A DNA stretch of 64,000 bases, taken from NCBI GenBank assembly GCA_963695095.1, contig CAVOFT010000001.1, forward strand, positions 2,336,001 to 2,400,000, in the 5' to 3' direction. Below are positions 1 to 8,458 of this stretch, in pieces. This DNA is from an uncultured bacterium. GTDB taxonomy: Bacteria > Krumholzibacteriota > Krumholzibacteriia > JACNKJ01. Each line of letters opens with the position of its first letter. Positions within the stretch are counted from its first letter, which is position 1. Position numbers and translations under genes: made by a program. Under the pieces are notes generated by a model. The model was not told the origin of the DNA, made no database searches, and was given only the letters and a program-made list of their open reading frames with translations.

Positions 1-681
1 GAAGGGCCACTCGGAGTTGGTGATGAGCAGCAGCTTCTTGCCCGCGCGCTTCTGGTCCAGCAGCGCCCAGGGGATCTCCGGATCGAGATCGACGAAGCGC
101 TCGGGGCGGGCGACGATCTCCGCCTTGAGGCGGCCCTCGAGGTGCGCCTCGTCGAGCACCCCTTTGACGAGGCGGTAGAGATCGCCGTAGCCCGAGGGGG
201 CGGGCGCCTGGCCGGCGTCGAGCAGATCGACGAGCTGCGCGTACATGCTCGCCTCGGAAAGCGAGAAGAGCGTGTTCAGGAAGACGAAGCGCGGCTCGGA
301 GAGGTCCACCACCGTCTCCGCATAGGCCTGGCGCAGGGTCTCGAAGTCGAGCATGCGGGTGCCGTGCGCGGCGCGCTTGACGTAGCCGAACTGATTGGCC
401 TTGAGGATGTTGCCTAGATCGAGGTCGATGATCAGGCCGCGCTGGAAGTCCTGCGGCGCGAAGCGCAGGCTCTCCACCGGCCAGCCCAGGCCGCGCAGCT
501 TGCCGCGCATGTGCGAAAACGAGCGGCTCTCCCACTTCTCCACGCGGTAGTGGATGAGCGTGTAGTCCATGTCGTAGCCGATGGCCTTGATGGAGCGCAG
601 GTTCAGCGTGCGGTTGCAGAAGATCCCACGCTCGGGCGGCGGCAAGGCGGGGGCGCCCGTGGGAAAGCTCGCGTGCGTCAT
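1..681 (-). CDS. HAD-IG family (cytosolic purine-type) 5'-nucleotidase, 3' end outside window
   Basis: Manual translation from ATG at 681: ...RGIFCNRTLNLRSIKAIGYDMDYTLIHY...KKLLLITNSEW; HAD motif I DMDYT and motif II LITNS. Absent from the ORF track because it runs off the edge. Confidence 0.9.
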   Translation of the reverse strand, partial: MTHASFPTGAPALPPPERGIFCNRTLNLRSIKAIGYDMDYTLIHYRVEKWESRSFSHMRGKLRGLGWPVESLRFAPQDFQRGLIIDLDLGNILKANQFGYVKRAAHGTRMLDFETLRQAYAETVVDLSEPRFVFLNTLFSLSEASMYAQLVDLLDAGQAPAPSGYGDLYRLVKGVLDEAHLEGRLKAEIVARPERFVDLDPEIPWALLDQKRAGKKLLLITNSEWPF

Positions 682-706
682 CGCCCAGCCTCGCTCGGGG
701 CTTCGC

Positions 707-982
707 TCATCGGTCGCCGATGAAGATGAGGGCCATGCCGAGGCCGACGGCGATGAGAATCCCCAGCACCGCTGCCAGGATTAACGCCCGCCGGCGGCGC
801 AGGGGCGCTTCGCCACCGGCCTGCAGCTCGGCCACGACGAGACGCAGGGCGGCCAGTTGCTCGAGCTGATTCAGCTTGCCATTGCGGGCCTGATACTCAC
901 TCACCAGCCGCAGGATGGCGGTGGCGAGCTCGCGCACCCGCGGACCGGGCGGTGGCGGCATGAAGACGACCTGGCTGAGCAT
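707..982 (-). CDS. Small hypothetical protein with C-terminal transmembrane helix
   Basis: GAGGAGG RBS before ATG at 982; ends RRRRALILAAVLGILIAVGLGMALIFIGDR; upstream of the nucleotidase on the same strand. Confidence 0.6.
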   Translation of the reverse strand: MLSQVVFMPPPPGPRVRELATAILRLVSEYQARNGKLNQLEQLAALRLVVAELQAGGEAPLRRRRALILAAVLGILIAVGLGMALIFIGDR

Positions 983-1244
983 GACCCCCTCCTCGGTGGG
1001 TGATGCAGGCGGATCCACTGTCGACTGGGCAGCTAGCGGCGCGGGACGAAGCAGGCCGCCAGGGCGCGGCCAAGGACGATGCTCCGGGCAGTGCTGTGCA
1101 TGTCGCCTCCGCTCCTAATCCGCGGGCAAGCCTAGCGCAGGCGCCCGGTGAACGCCACGCCTTCCTTGCCATGGAGGCTGGATTTCGCTGGCCAAGATAC
1201 CCGGTGACGCTAGACTTGCGGGCCCGCCCCCAACGGAGGTAGCA

Positions 1245-2024
1245 ATGTCCATCCTCACGCCGATAGCCGCCCGGAGCCGGCGCCTGCTCCCAGTCCTGCT
1301 CGCTCCGCTCGCCTTCCTCGCTCTCGCCTCCACCCCGGGTTGGGCCGCGGCCTGGCTGCTCGACCTGGAGGGGGCCCGCGTCTGGAGCGGTTACAATGAC
1401 GTGCGCATCCCGGGTGATGGCGGCACGCGCTTCTCCCTGACCGAGGATCTGCGTAGCGAGGCGGGTTTCTGCGGGCGCCTGCGATTGGGAATCGTGCTCG
1501 CCGAACGGCATCACCTGAGCGCCTTCGCCGCGCCGCTTCGCCTCGATGCCGCGGGCCAAGCGCCAGCAACCCTGCTGTTCGCCGGCACGGAGTTTCCCGC
1601 CGCCAGCCGCCTGTCGGCAAGCTATCGCTTCGATTCCTATCGCCTGACCTATCGCTACCGCCTGCGCGCGACTTCCCGCTTCACCGGCTGGCTCGGCTTC
1701 ACCGCGAAACTACGGGACGCCGAGATCGCCGTGGCCGGCGCGGGACTGCGCGCCAAGAAGACGAACACCGGCTTCGTGCCCCTGCTCGCCTTCCGCGGCG
1801 ATTGGCGTCTCGACGAGCGCTTCGGAATCAGCTGCGAGGGCGACGCGCTGGCTGGCGGTCCAGGCCGGGCGGAGGACGTCTTCCTGGGCCTGACCTACCG
1901 CCGGAACTCCCGCCTGACGCTGCGGGGTGGCTATCGGCTCATCGAAGGCGGCGCCGACGTGGCCGAGGTCTACTCCTTCGCTCGCCTCGACTTCGCGAGC
2001 CTGGGCCTGGAACTCTCCTTCTAG
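1245..2024 (+). CDS. Putative outer-membrane beta-barrel protein
   Basis: GGAGG RBS, signal peptide, alternating amphipathic strands, C-terminal LGLELSF beta-signal. Confidence 0.7.
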   Translation: MSILTPIAARSRRLLPVLLAPLAFLALASTPGWAAAWLLDLEGARVWSGYNDVRIPGDGGTRFSLTEDLRSEAGFCGRLRLGIVLAERHHLSAFAAPLRLDAAGQAPATLLFAGTEFPAASRLSASYRFDSYRLTYRYRLRATSRFTGWLGFTAKLRDAEIAVAGAGLRAKKTNTGFVPLLAFRGDWRLDERFGISCEGDALAGGPGRAEDVFLGLTYRRNSRLTLRGGYRLIEGGADVAEVYSFARLDFASLGLELSF

Positions 2025-2053
2025 CCAGCGCTGCCGGTCGACGAGGACGAAAT

Positions 2054-2093
2054 GAAAAGCGGGGCCCGCCTGCAGCGGGCCCCGTTCTTCTTC
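2054..2093. terminator. Probable bidirectional intrinsic terminator
   Basis: gaaaa-GCGGGGCCCGC-ctgca-GCGGGCCCCGT-tcttctt between convergent genes. Confidence 0.7.
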
Positions 2094-2144
2094 AGCGCCG
2101 GTCGCTCCTCAGGGCGCGACCGGGTGTGGGTCCTGGGGCGCCGA

Positions 2145-2456
2145 CTAGCGCCAGTTCCCCCCACCGCCACCGCGGCCACCGCCGCCGCCGCCGCCGCGGC
2201 CGCCGCCGCCGCCTTCGCGGCGCTCCTCGGCCTCATTGACGCGCAGGGTGCGGCCGCCGAACTCGAAGCCATCCAGCGCGCTCAGCGCCGCGGTCGGGTC
2301 CTCCATCTCCACGAAACCGAAGCCGCGGGGGCGACCGGTCTCGCGATCGTTGATCAGGTTGACGGACGTGACGACACCGTGCTTCTCGAAGAGAGCGCGG
2401 ATCTCGTCCACCGTGGCGCTAAAGGGCAGGTTGCCCACGTACAGTTTCTTGGCCAT
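2145..2456 (-). CDS. RRM-domain RNA-binding protein with Gly/Arg-rich tail (copy 1)
   Basis: MAKKLYVGNLPF (RNP2) ... RPRGFGFVEM (RNP1) ... GRTLRVNEA, poly-Gly tail. Confidence 0.95.
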   Translation of the reverse strand: MAKKLYVGNLPFSATVDEIRALFEKHGVVTSVNLINDRETGRPRGFGFVEMEDPTAALSALDGFEFGGRTLRVNEAEERREGGGGGRGGGGGGGRGGGGGNWR

Positions 2457-2655
2457 TTCTACTCCGAATCGCCCCATTACCGTGAATTAGCGGGAAGGCG
2501 TCGCGAGCCGCTCGCGGGCCTCGACTCCCAAGCTTCTCTCGGATTGGCGCTGAAGAATCGCGGGCGCGACGAGCGCGGACGGCATTCTGGCAACGGCCAT
2601 CGATTGGGCGGGGGCAACGGCCCATCGATCCTGAGGCGGCTTCTTCAAGGGGATG

Positions 2656-2684
2656 AATATAGCTCAAATGGCCCCACTTGTCAC
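2656..2684 (-). promoter_or_regulatory. Sigma70-type promoter of RRM copy 1
   Basis: GTGACA-17 bp-TATATT on the minus strand, about 190 nt upstream of the ATG. Confidence 0.65.
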
Positions 2685-2724
2685 CGAATAAAGCAGGGCG
2701 AGCCTGGAATCGACGGCGGCAATC

Positions 2725-3738
2725 TCAGGCGGACGCCCCTGCCGACCTCAGCGCGGCGAAGCCGACGAGCCGGTTGGAGGTCTCGTCCCAGAGCCGGTAC
2801 TGCAAACTGCGGACACTGGCGCGCAGGGTGAGGGGGGGCACGCCGCGGAAGAGCGGACTGGAGCGGTGGCAGCGCTCGAGGAAGTAATTCGGGATCCGCG
2901 GGCTCAAATGGTGGATGTGATGGTAGCCGATATTGCCCGTGAACCACTGGAGAACCCGCGGCAGCTTGTAAAAGGAGGAGCCCCCCAGGGCCTGCTGGAG
3001 GTAGTCCCAGCGCCCGCCGCGGGCCCAGTAGGTGCCGTCGAAGGTATGCTGCACGTAGAAGAGCCAGATGCCCACGGTGCCCGCGATCAGGATCACAGGC
3101 AGCTGCAGGGCCAGGTAGGCCTTGAAGCCGATCGTCAGGCCCATCACCAGGGCGACGGCCGCCAGGCCGAGATTCGTCCACACCTTGCTCCAGCGCGCAC
3201 GGGCGCTCTCGCCGCGGTGCCAGAAGCGGTAGTTGAGGAGGAAGACATAGAACGGGCCCAGACCCAGCATCACGAGGGGGTGGCGATAGAGCCGGTAGGC
3301 CAGCCGCCGGTGGCGCGGCAGCGCCAGGTACTCGGCAATGGTGAGCGTCCAGATATCGCCGCTGCCCCGTCGGTCCAGATCCCCGGAGGTGGCGTGGTGG
3401 CGGGCGTGCTCCTGACTCCAGCCGGTCGAGGGCAGGAAGGTCATGAGGCCCGTGAAGTAGCCCACGAAACGGTTGGCCCAGCGCTCCCGGAAGAAGGAGC
3501 CGTGGCCGCAGTCGTGGCAGATGATGAAGCTGCGCACGAGGAAGCCCGCCGCCGGCAAGACGAGGGCCAGCGCCAGCCAGTAGGAAACACGCAGGCACAG
3601 GAGCATGGCGGCCCAGAGCAGCAGGTAGGGCAGCACGGAGGTCGCGATCTGCAGCAGGCTACGGGAGAGGCTGGGCCGCTCGAATGGAGCAACCGCGGCG
3701 CGCCAGTCGGCCTGGACGGCCTTCTTCGCCAAGCTCAT
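2725..3738 (-). CDS. Membrane fatty acid desaturase (Des/DesA-like)
   Basis: Three His boxes HDCGH, HARHH, HHIHH plus YVQH; transmembrane segments; start MSLAKKA at 3738. Confidence 0.92.
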   Translation of the reverse strand: MSLAKKAVQADWRAAVAPFERPSLSRSLLQIATSVLPYLLLWAAMLLCLRVSYWLALALVLPAAGFLVRSFIICHDCGHGSFFRERWANRFVGYFTGLMTFLPSTGWSQEHARHHATSGDLDRRGSGDIWTLTIAEYLALPRHRRLAYRLYRHPLVMLGLGPFYVFLLNYRFWHRGESARARWSKVWTNLGLAAVALVMGLTIGFKAYLALQLPVILIAGTVGIWLFYVQHTFDGTYWARGGRWDYLQQALGGSSFYKLPRVLQWFTGNIGYHHIHHLSPRIPNYFLERCHRSSPLFRGVPPLTLRASVRSLQYRLWDETSNRLVGFAALRSAGASA

Positions 3739-3811
3739 GGAACCGCCTAGGCTGAAAGTTGAGCCCTGGCGGCCAGGAGGCCGCCAGGGACAGTCGACTC
3801 GGATAAGTCGG

Positions 3812-4162
3812 CTACCAGCGGCCCCCGCCGCCGCCGCCGCTGCGGCCACCGCCGCCGCCGCCACGCGGGCCGCCACCGCCGCCGCGCATGCCGCCGCCGC
3901 CACCGCCGCCACCGGTGCGCTCACGGCGCTCCTCGGCCTCGTTCACACGCAGGGCGCGGCCGCCCATCTCGTAGCCATCGAGGGCGGTGATCGCCGCCTG
4001 GTGATTCTCCATCTCGACGAAACCGAAGCCGCGGGGACGGCCCGTATCGCGGTCGGTGATCAGGGTGATGGAGTGCACCGTGCCGTGCTTGCTGAACAGC
4101 TCGCGCAGCTCGTCCTCGGTGGCCGTGAAAGGAAGGTTGCCCACGTAGAGCTTCTTGGTCAT
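3812..4162 (-). CDS. RRM-domain RNA-binding protein with Gly/Arg-rich tail (copy 2)
   Basis: MTKKLYVGNLPF...RPRGFGFVEM...GRALRVNEA; paralog of 2145-2456. Confidence 0.95.
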   Translation of the reverse strand: MTKKLYVGNLPFTATEDELRELFSKHGTVHSITLITDRDTGRPRGFGFVEMENHQAAITALDGYEMGGRALRVNEAEERRERTGGGGGGGGMRGGGGGPRGGGGGGRSGGGGGGRW

Positions 4163-4350
4163 CAGGATCTCCGGATCGCCCCAGGTTCATCGACGGAGCA
4201 CTGGCGCGCACATTGGCGGCGAGTCGGCGCTCATAGCTTCTCGGGATTGCCTACCATGACCAGCGAATTCGCCGGCCACCGGGGCAGCGGATCGTGATTC
4301 GACGGGGGCGAAGCGGCGGATCCATCCTCGAGGAGTCGTCTGTAGCCCGC

Positions 4351-4379
4351 AATGTAGCCTACGGGAAGGGCCCTGTCAT
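4351..4379 (-). promoter_or_regulatory. Sigma70-type promoter of RRM copy 2 and the desaturase
   Basis: ATGACA-17 bp-TACATT on the minus strand, about 180 nt upstream of the ATG; same layout as the copy 1 promoter. Confidence 0.65.
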
Positions 4380-4427
4380 CGGAAAAAACTCAATTCAGGC
4401 GGGATCGGCCCTGAATTGCGCTCCGGC

Positions 4428-6273
4428 TCAGGGCGAGCGGTAGTCCAGGCTGAGCTCCCGGGCCACCCAGGCGCTGTCTCCCGCGAAGGGCGCTAGCTGG
4501 GCGGTGGCGAAGTCGGCGTCGGCGGGCGAGAGATCCCGGTACCAGTAGATGGGCACTCCCCGCGCGACCAGGGCCTCCTGCAGGGCCTGGACCGCGAGCG
4601 GATCGCCGTGGACGCTCTGCGGCAGCCCACCGGTCGCCAGGCAGTGGGCCGCGAGGCTACCGGCGGCCTCGCCGAGCGTCCACTCCACGGCATGCGTCCT
4701 CGTGGCCGCGCTGGCCAGCCGGGTAGCGCCCGCGCTCTTGCCCGCCGGGATCAGGTTCGTGGGTGCTTCGAGGACGAGCGCTCCCAGGGGAATCTGGAAG
4801 GGCAGCACGGCAATCGCGAGCGGCAGCTCCTCGCAGGGGCCCGGGTGGATGTCGATCGGATAGTCCCCCACCCCGATCGCGTCGGCGACGAAGGGCCCCC
4901 GCAGCCGGCCCGGGTTGGCCGCGGCGCTGAGATCCTGCTCCCGCAGGCGCTGACGCGTTCGTGCCCGCCGCGCTTCCCGCACATAGGGAAAGCGCGCCAG
5001 GCCGTCCTCGGTGCCCAGCGCATCCCGGTTCAAGGCCAACTCGGGATGCCCCACCCCATCGGCGTGCGGCGCCTCGGTCTGCAACCAGTAGAGGAAGCCC
5101 AGGCTGAGCTCCCGCGCCGCCAGCAGGTGCGCGAGCGAGGCGGAGGGGTCGTCCTCGAGGAGGCTGCCGCCGCGGTAGTCGATCGCCGGCCAGTTGATCA
5201 GGGCCAGATCGGAGGTCCTGGCTGCCGGCGCGGAAGAGCTTGCGATCGATGAGGCGGCGATAGGTCCAGAAGGAGCCGGGCAGATTCGGCGTCCGCGCGA
5301 AGACCCGGAACAGGGCGTAGCGCTGGCCGAAGCGCGCGTCGGGAAGCACGACGCGAGGGCCGAAGGGCTGCTGCTTGCGATTGGCGGCGTAGTTGCCCGG
5401 CTCCGGGATGAGCTGCAGTTCCCCTGGCCGCTGCTCGAGGACGAAGGGGTAGGTGAAGGCCTGCACGCAGTCCGGCCGTGCGCGGAGGGGCGCACTGGGC
5501 TCGCCGGCGTCCGTCTGGGCTTCCGCCCCGCTGGCGAAGGCGGCGCCGCTCAGCGGCAGGAGGTCCCCCAGCTCGCTGGCATCCAGGAAGAAGGCGGCTT
5601 CCACCCGGCAGAGACCGGCGCTGCCGAGGTCCACGAGATCGAGCCAGCGCAGGCGCTCAGCGACCCGGACAGCGCGCAGCGGCCGATGCCGCAGCAGGAT
5701 GGTGAGCCGGCCGGCGGCCACATGCGGCGCGAGCAGTGACTCGATCGCGCGCAGGGCAACGCGAGGCTCGCAGGCGAGGCTGCCCACCCAGCAGTTGCCG
5801 GGGTTGAGACGCGGGTCGGCCGCAGCGGCCGGCAGCAGGCGCGGGTCGCGGCGGTAGGCCTCGCGAATGGCCGCCCGCAGGGCCTGATAGCTGCGCGTGC
5901 CGCCGCAGCGCTCGACGAGCGGGCTCTCGTCGAAGGCGGCAATGCCCTGGACCGTCATCTGCCCGCCCAGCCAGTCCGTCTCCTCGCTCAGCACCACCCG
6001 GTAACCCGCCTCGCAGACTGCCAGGGCCGCCGCCACCCCGGCGAGACCGCCGCCGCAAATGGCGACATCGCCCTCGAAGCTGAGGGCCGGCACCCGCTGG
6101 TAGGGGACGCTCAGCACGCGGAGACCCTGGACGTCGAGGAGGGCTAGATCCGGCGACTTGGCCGCCGCGGCGAGCAGGTCCGTGGGCGCGATCAAGCCGG
6201 CGAGCCACAGAAGCGTCCAGCCTCCGGCCCGGGCGCGGCGGCGCGGACGCAGGACGGGACGCGGTCGCGACAT
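4428..6273 (-). CDS. FAD-dependent oxidoreductase (FAD_oxidored-like), one frameshift near 5220
   Basis: N-part DVAICGGGLAGVAAA, EETDWLGGQMT, DASELGDLL; C-part in another frame LINWPAIDY, PYVREARR, DIH, PFQIPLGALV, RTHAVEWTLGEAAG. Confidence 0.8.
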
Positions 6274-6312
6274 GGCGGCCTCGCGTTCCGGAATGGTGGC
6301 GGAACTATGGTA

Positions 6313-7824
6313 TCATGGTTGGGTGCGCCTGTCACCGCCGAAGGCGACCGTGGCCAGCTCGCGCAGGGCCATCTGCCCCTGGCGACTGTAGTCGATGGCC
6401 TCGGCCAGGATGCGGGCGGCCTCCTGCGGCGCGTGGAAGCCCATCGAGTTCTCGGCGTTGATGAAGTCGACGCGCCACTGGGCCTTGCGCTGGAACTCGA
6501 GCACCCCCTGCAGGCGCTCCTCGGCGACGCCGGCCAGCTTGGCCGCCGCCAGGTCGGCGATCAGCTGGACGATGGCGTCCTCGGCGCGACTCATCAGGGC
6601 GAAATTGCGCGCCTGGATCGTCTCCACGCGCTCCTTGAGCTCCGCCTCGGGGAAGCGGTGGCAGGTCTGGCAGGCGCGGGCGATGTTGAGCAGCGGACTG
6701 CGCACGTGGTGGTCGCTGATCTTGATCGCCCCTTCGCGCTGGTAGGGCATGTGGCAGTCCGCGCAGGCCACGCCCGAGCGGGCGTGGATGCCCTGGCTCC
6801 AGAGTTCGAACTCGGGGTGCTGGGCCTTCAGCGCCGGAGCGCCGGTCGCCGCGTGCTTCCAGTCGGAGAAGCGGCTGCCGTCGGGGAAGCGGTGCGCATC
6901 GTAGGTGGCTTCGATCTGCTCCACCTTCAGGCCCTGGTCCCAGGGGAAGAAGAGCGTCTCCTTGGGCCCGCAGTAGTACTCCACGTGGCACTGCCCGCAG
7001 ACCATCGAGCGCATCTCCTGGCGCGAGGCCTCGCGGTTGGCGTCGTAGGGCACGCGGCGGTCGCCGGCCCGCCACTTCTCGATCGAGGGCAGGTGCGGCA
7101 GCGGATCCGCGCTGGCGGCCAGGGCCGCGATGCCGCGGATGAAGCCCGGCTTGGTGACGCGCAGCTGCATGCTCTGGGGATCGTGGCAGTCGATGCAAGC
7201 GACGGGGTGCTCGACGAGCACTGTGGCTTCGCTGTAGGGCATCGCGCAGACGGCCTCGAAGCCCGCCATCAGCTGGGCCTGGGCGCTCTCGCTCAGGAAG
7301 GGATCGGCGAGGCTGCCCGGCGCCCCCTGCTTGAGGCCCTGCTCGCGGAAGGCGACCGTGTTGGAGGCATGACAGTGCAGACAGGCGCCCGGCTGCTTGC
7401 GCTCGGTGACGCGCTTGGTCGTCCGCTGGTCGTCGAGCATGTAGGCATGGCCGCGCCGCTCGCGGAAGTCGATGGCGAAGGCGTAGCCTGCGAACATCGT
7501 GACGAGGCGGGGATCCGCCTCGATGCGGCTGTCGGGCAGCGTCTCGCTACCCCAGCCGCCGAAGCGGGTGCCCGTGCGCTCGGCCGTGCGCAAGTAGGCG
7601 TCGTACTGGCGCGGGAAGTTCTTGCCCCAGACAGCGGGATCCACCGTCGTTTCATCCAGCTCGACGAGCTGCACGAAGGTCTGCTTCGCCTCCTGCTTGC
7701 GCGTCGAGATGTTCGCGTAGAGCAGGAGCAGCAGCACCGTGGCCAGGGCAGCGCCGAGGGCGACGAGGCCCAGCTTCATCACGATCGCGCCCGAGGCGCG
7801 CTTGTCTGCGGTCATGTCGGCCAT
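6313..7824 (-). CDS. nrfA: Pentaheme cytochrome c nitrite reductase catalytic subunit, CxxCH-type
   Basis: Five heme motifs (CLHCH, CIDCH, CGQCH, CADCH, CQTCH), KAQHPEFE between hemes 3 and 4, AENSMGFHAP, WGKNFPRQY. Confidence 0.95.
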   Translation of the reverse strand: MADMTADKRASGAIVMKLGLVALGAALATVLLLLLYANISTRKQEAKQTFVQLVELDETTVDPAVWGKNFPRQYDAYLRTAERTGTRFGGWGSETLPDSRIEADPRLVTMFAGYAFAIDFRERRGHAYMLDDQRTTKRVTERKQPGACLHCHASNTVAFREQGLKQGAPGSLADPFLSESAQAQLMAGFEAVCAMPYSEATVLVEHPVACIDCHDPQSMQLRVTKPGFIRGIAALAASADPLPHLPSIEKWRAGDRRVPYDANREASRQEMRSMVCGQCHVEYYCGPKETLFFPWDQGLKVEQIEATYDAHRFPDGSRFSDWKHAATGAPALKAQHPEFELWSQGIHARSGVACADCHMPYQREGAIKISDHHVRSPLLNIARACQTCHRFPEAELKERVETIQARNFALMSRAEDAIVQLIADLAAAKLAGVAEERLQGVLEFQRKAQWRVDFINAENSMGFHAPQEAARILAEAIDYSRQGQMALRELATVAFGGDRRTQP

Positions 7825-7854
7825 CCTCCGCTGAGGGAATAGTGGTAGCAGAAG

Positions 7855-8352
7855 CTAGCGGCGCGGCCCATGGCCCACCTCCTGGTGGCACTGGACGCAG
7901 CCGTAGAGGTCGGCCCCACGCGTGGGGTCGCTGGGCACGCCCAGGGTGCCGTGGGCGCTGATCTCCGCGGTGAAGGCGCCGTGGCAACGGATGCAATTGG
8001 CCTCCAAGACGCCGGCGTTGGCGGGCTTGATGGCAATGGGCTCGTGGAAATCCTGCAGCGTGAAGGCCCGCGAGTGGTGGTAGCCATTCGCGGCCTTGAC
8101 GGCGAACTTGCCGGCCAGGCTCTCATGCGGCAGATGGCAGTCGTTGCAGACGGCCACCGCATGGTGGGAGCTGTGCTGCCAGCCGTCGAACTGCTCGCGC
8201 ATGATGTGGCAGTTGACGCAGGCCGCAGGGTCGTCGGAGAGATAGGAGCCGCCGTTGGCGGCGACGAAGGTGAAGCCCCCCACACCGGCGGCGGCGCCGA
8301 TGCCGAGGCTGGCCAGGACGGCGACGATGGCGAGCAGGCGGTTCGTCCTCAC
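7855..8352 (-). CDS. nrfH: Tetraheme cytochrome c nitrite reductase small subunit
   Basis: GTG start after AAGGAG; N-terminal TM; CVNCHIM (CxxCHxM), CNDCH, CIRCH, CVQCH, terminal VGH; directly upstream of nrfA. Confidence 0.95.
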   Translation of the reverse strand: MRTNRLLAIVAVLASLGIGAAAGVGGFTFVAANGGSYLSDDPAACVNCHIMREQFDGWQHSSHHAVAVCNDCHLPHESLAGKFAVKAANGYHHSRAFTLQDFHEPIAIKPANAGVLEANCIRCHGAFTAEISAHGTLGVPSDPTRGADLYGCVQCHQEVGHGPRR

Positions 8353-8378
8353 GCGGGGGCTCCTTCGGGACCGAGCAT

Positions 8379-8420
8379 AGGATAGGAAGGGCCCGCCGGC
8401 CAAGCCTTGACTTGAGTCAA
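8379..8420 (-). promoter_or_regulatory. FNR/CRP-family box and -10 element upstream of nrfHA
   Basis: Palindrome TTGAC-N4-GTCAA at 8407-8420; TATCCT at 8384-8379. Confidence 0.7.
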
Positions 8421-8458
8421 GCCGGCGCCGCGGCGTGCGCTCAAGCGGCTGGCCGATA

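Noticed and set aside
2150..3915. (GCC)n/(GGC)n tracts at about 2160-2215 and 3825-3915 as microsatellites
   Set aside because: They encode the Gly-rich tails of the two RRM proteins.
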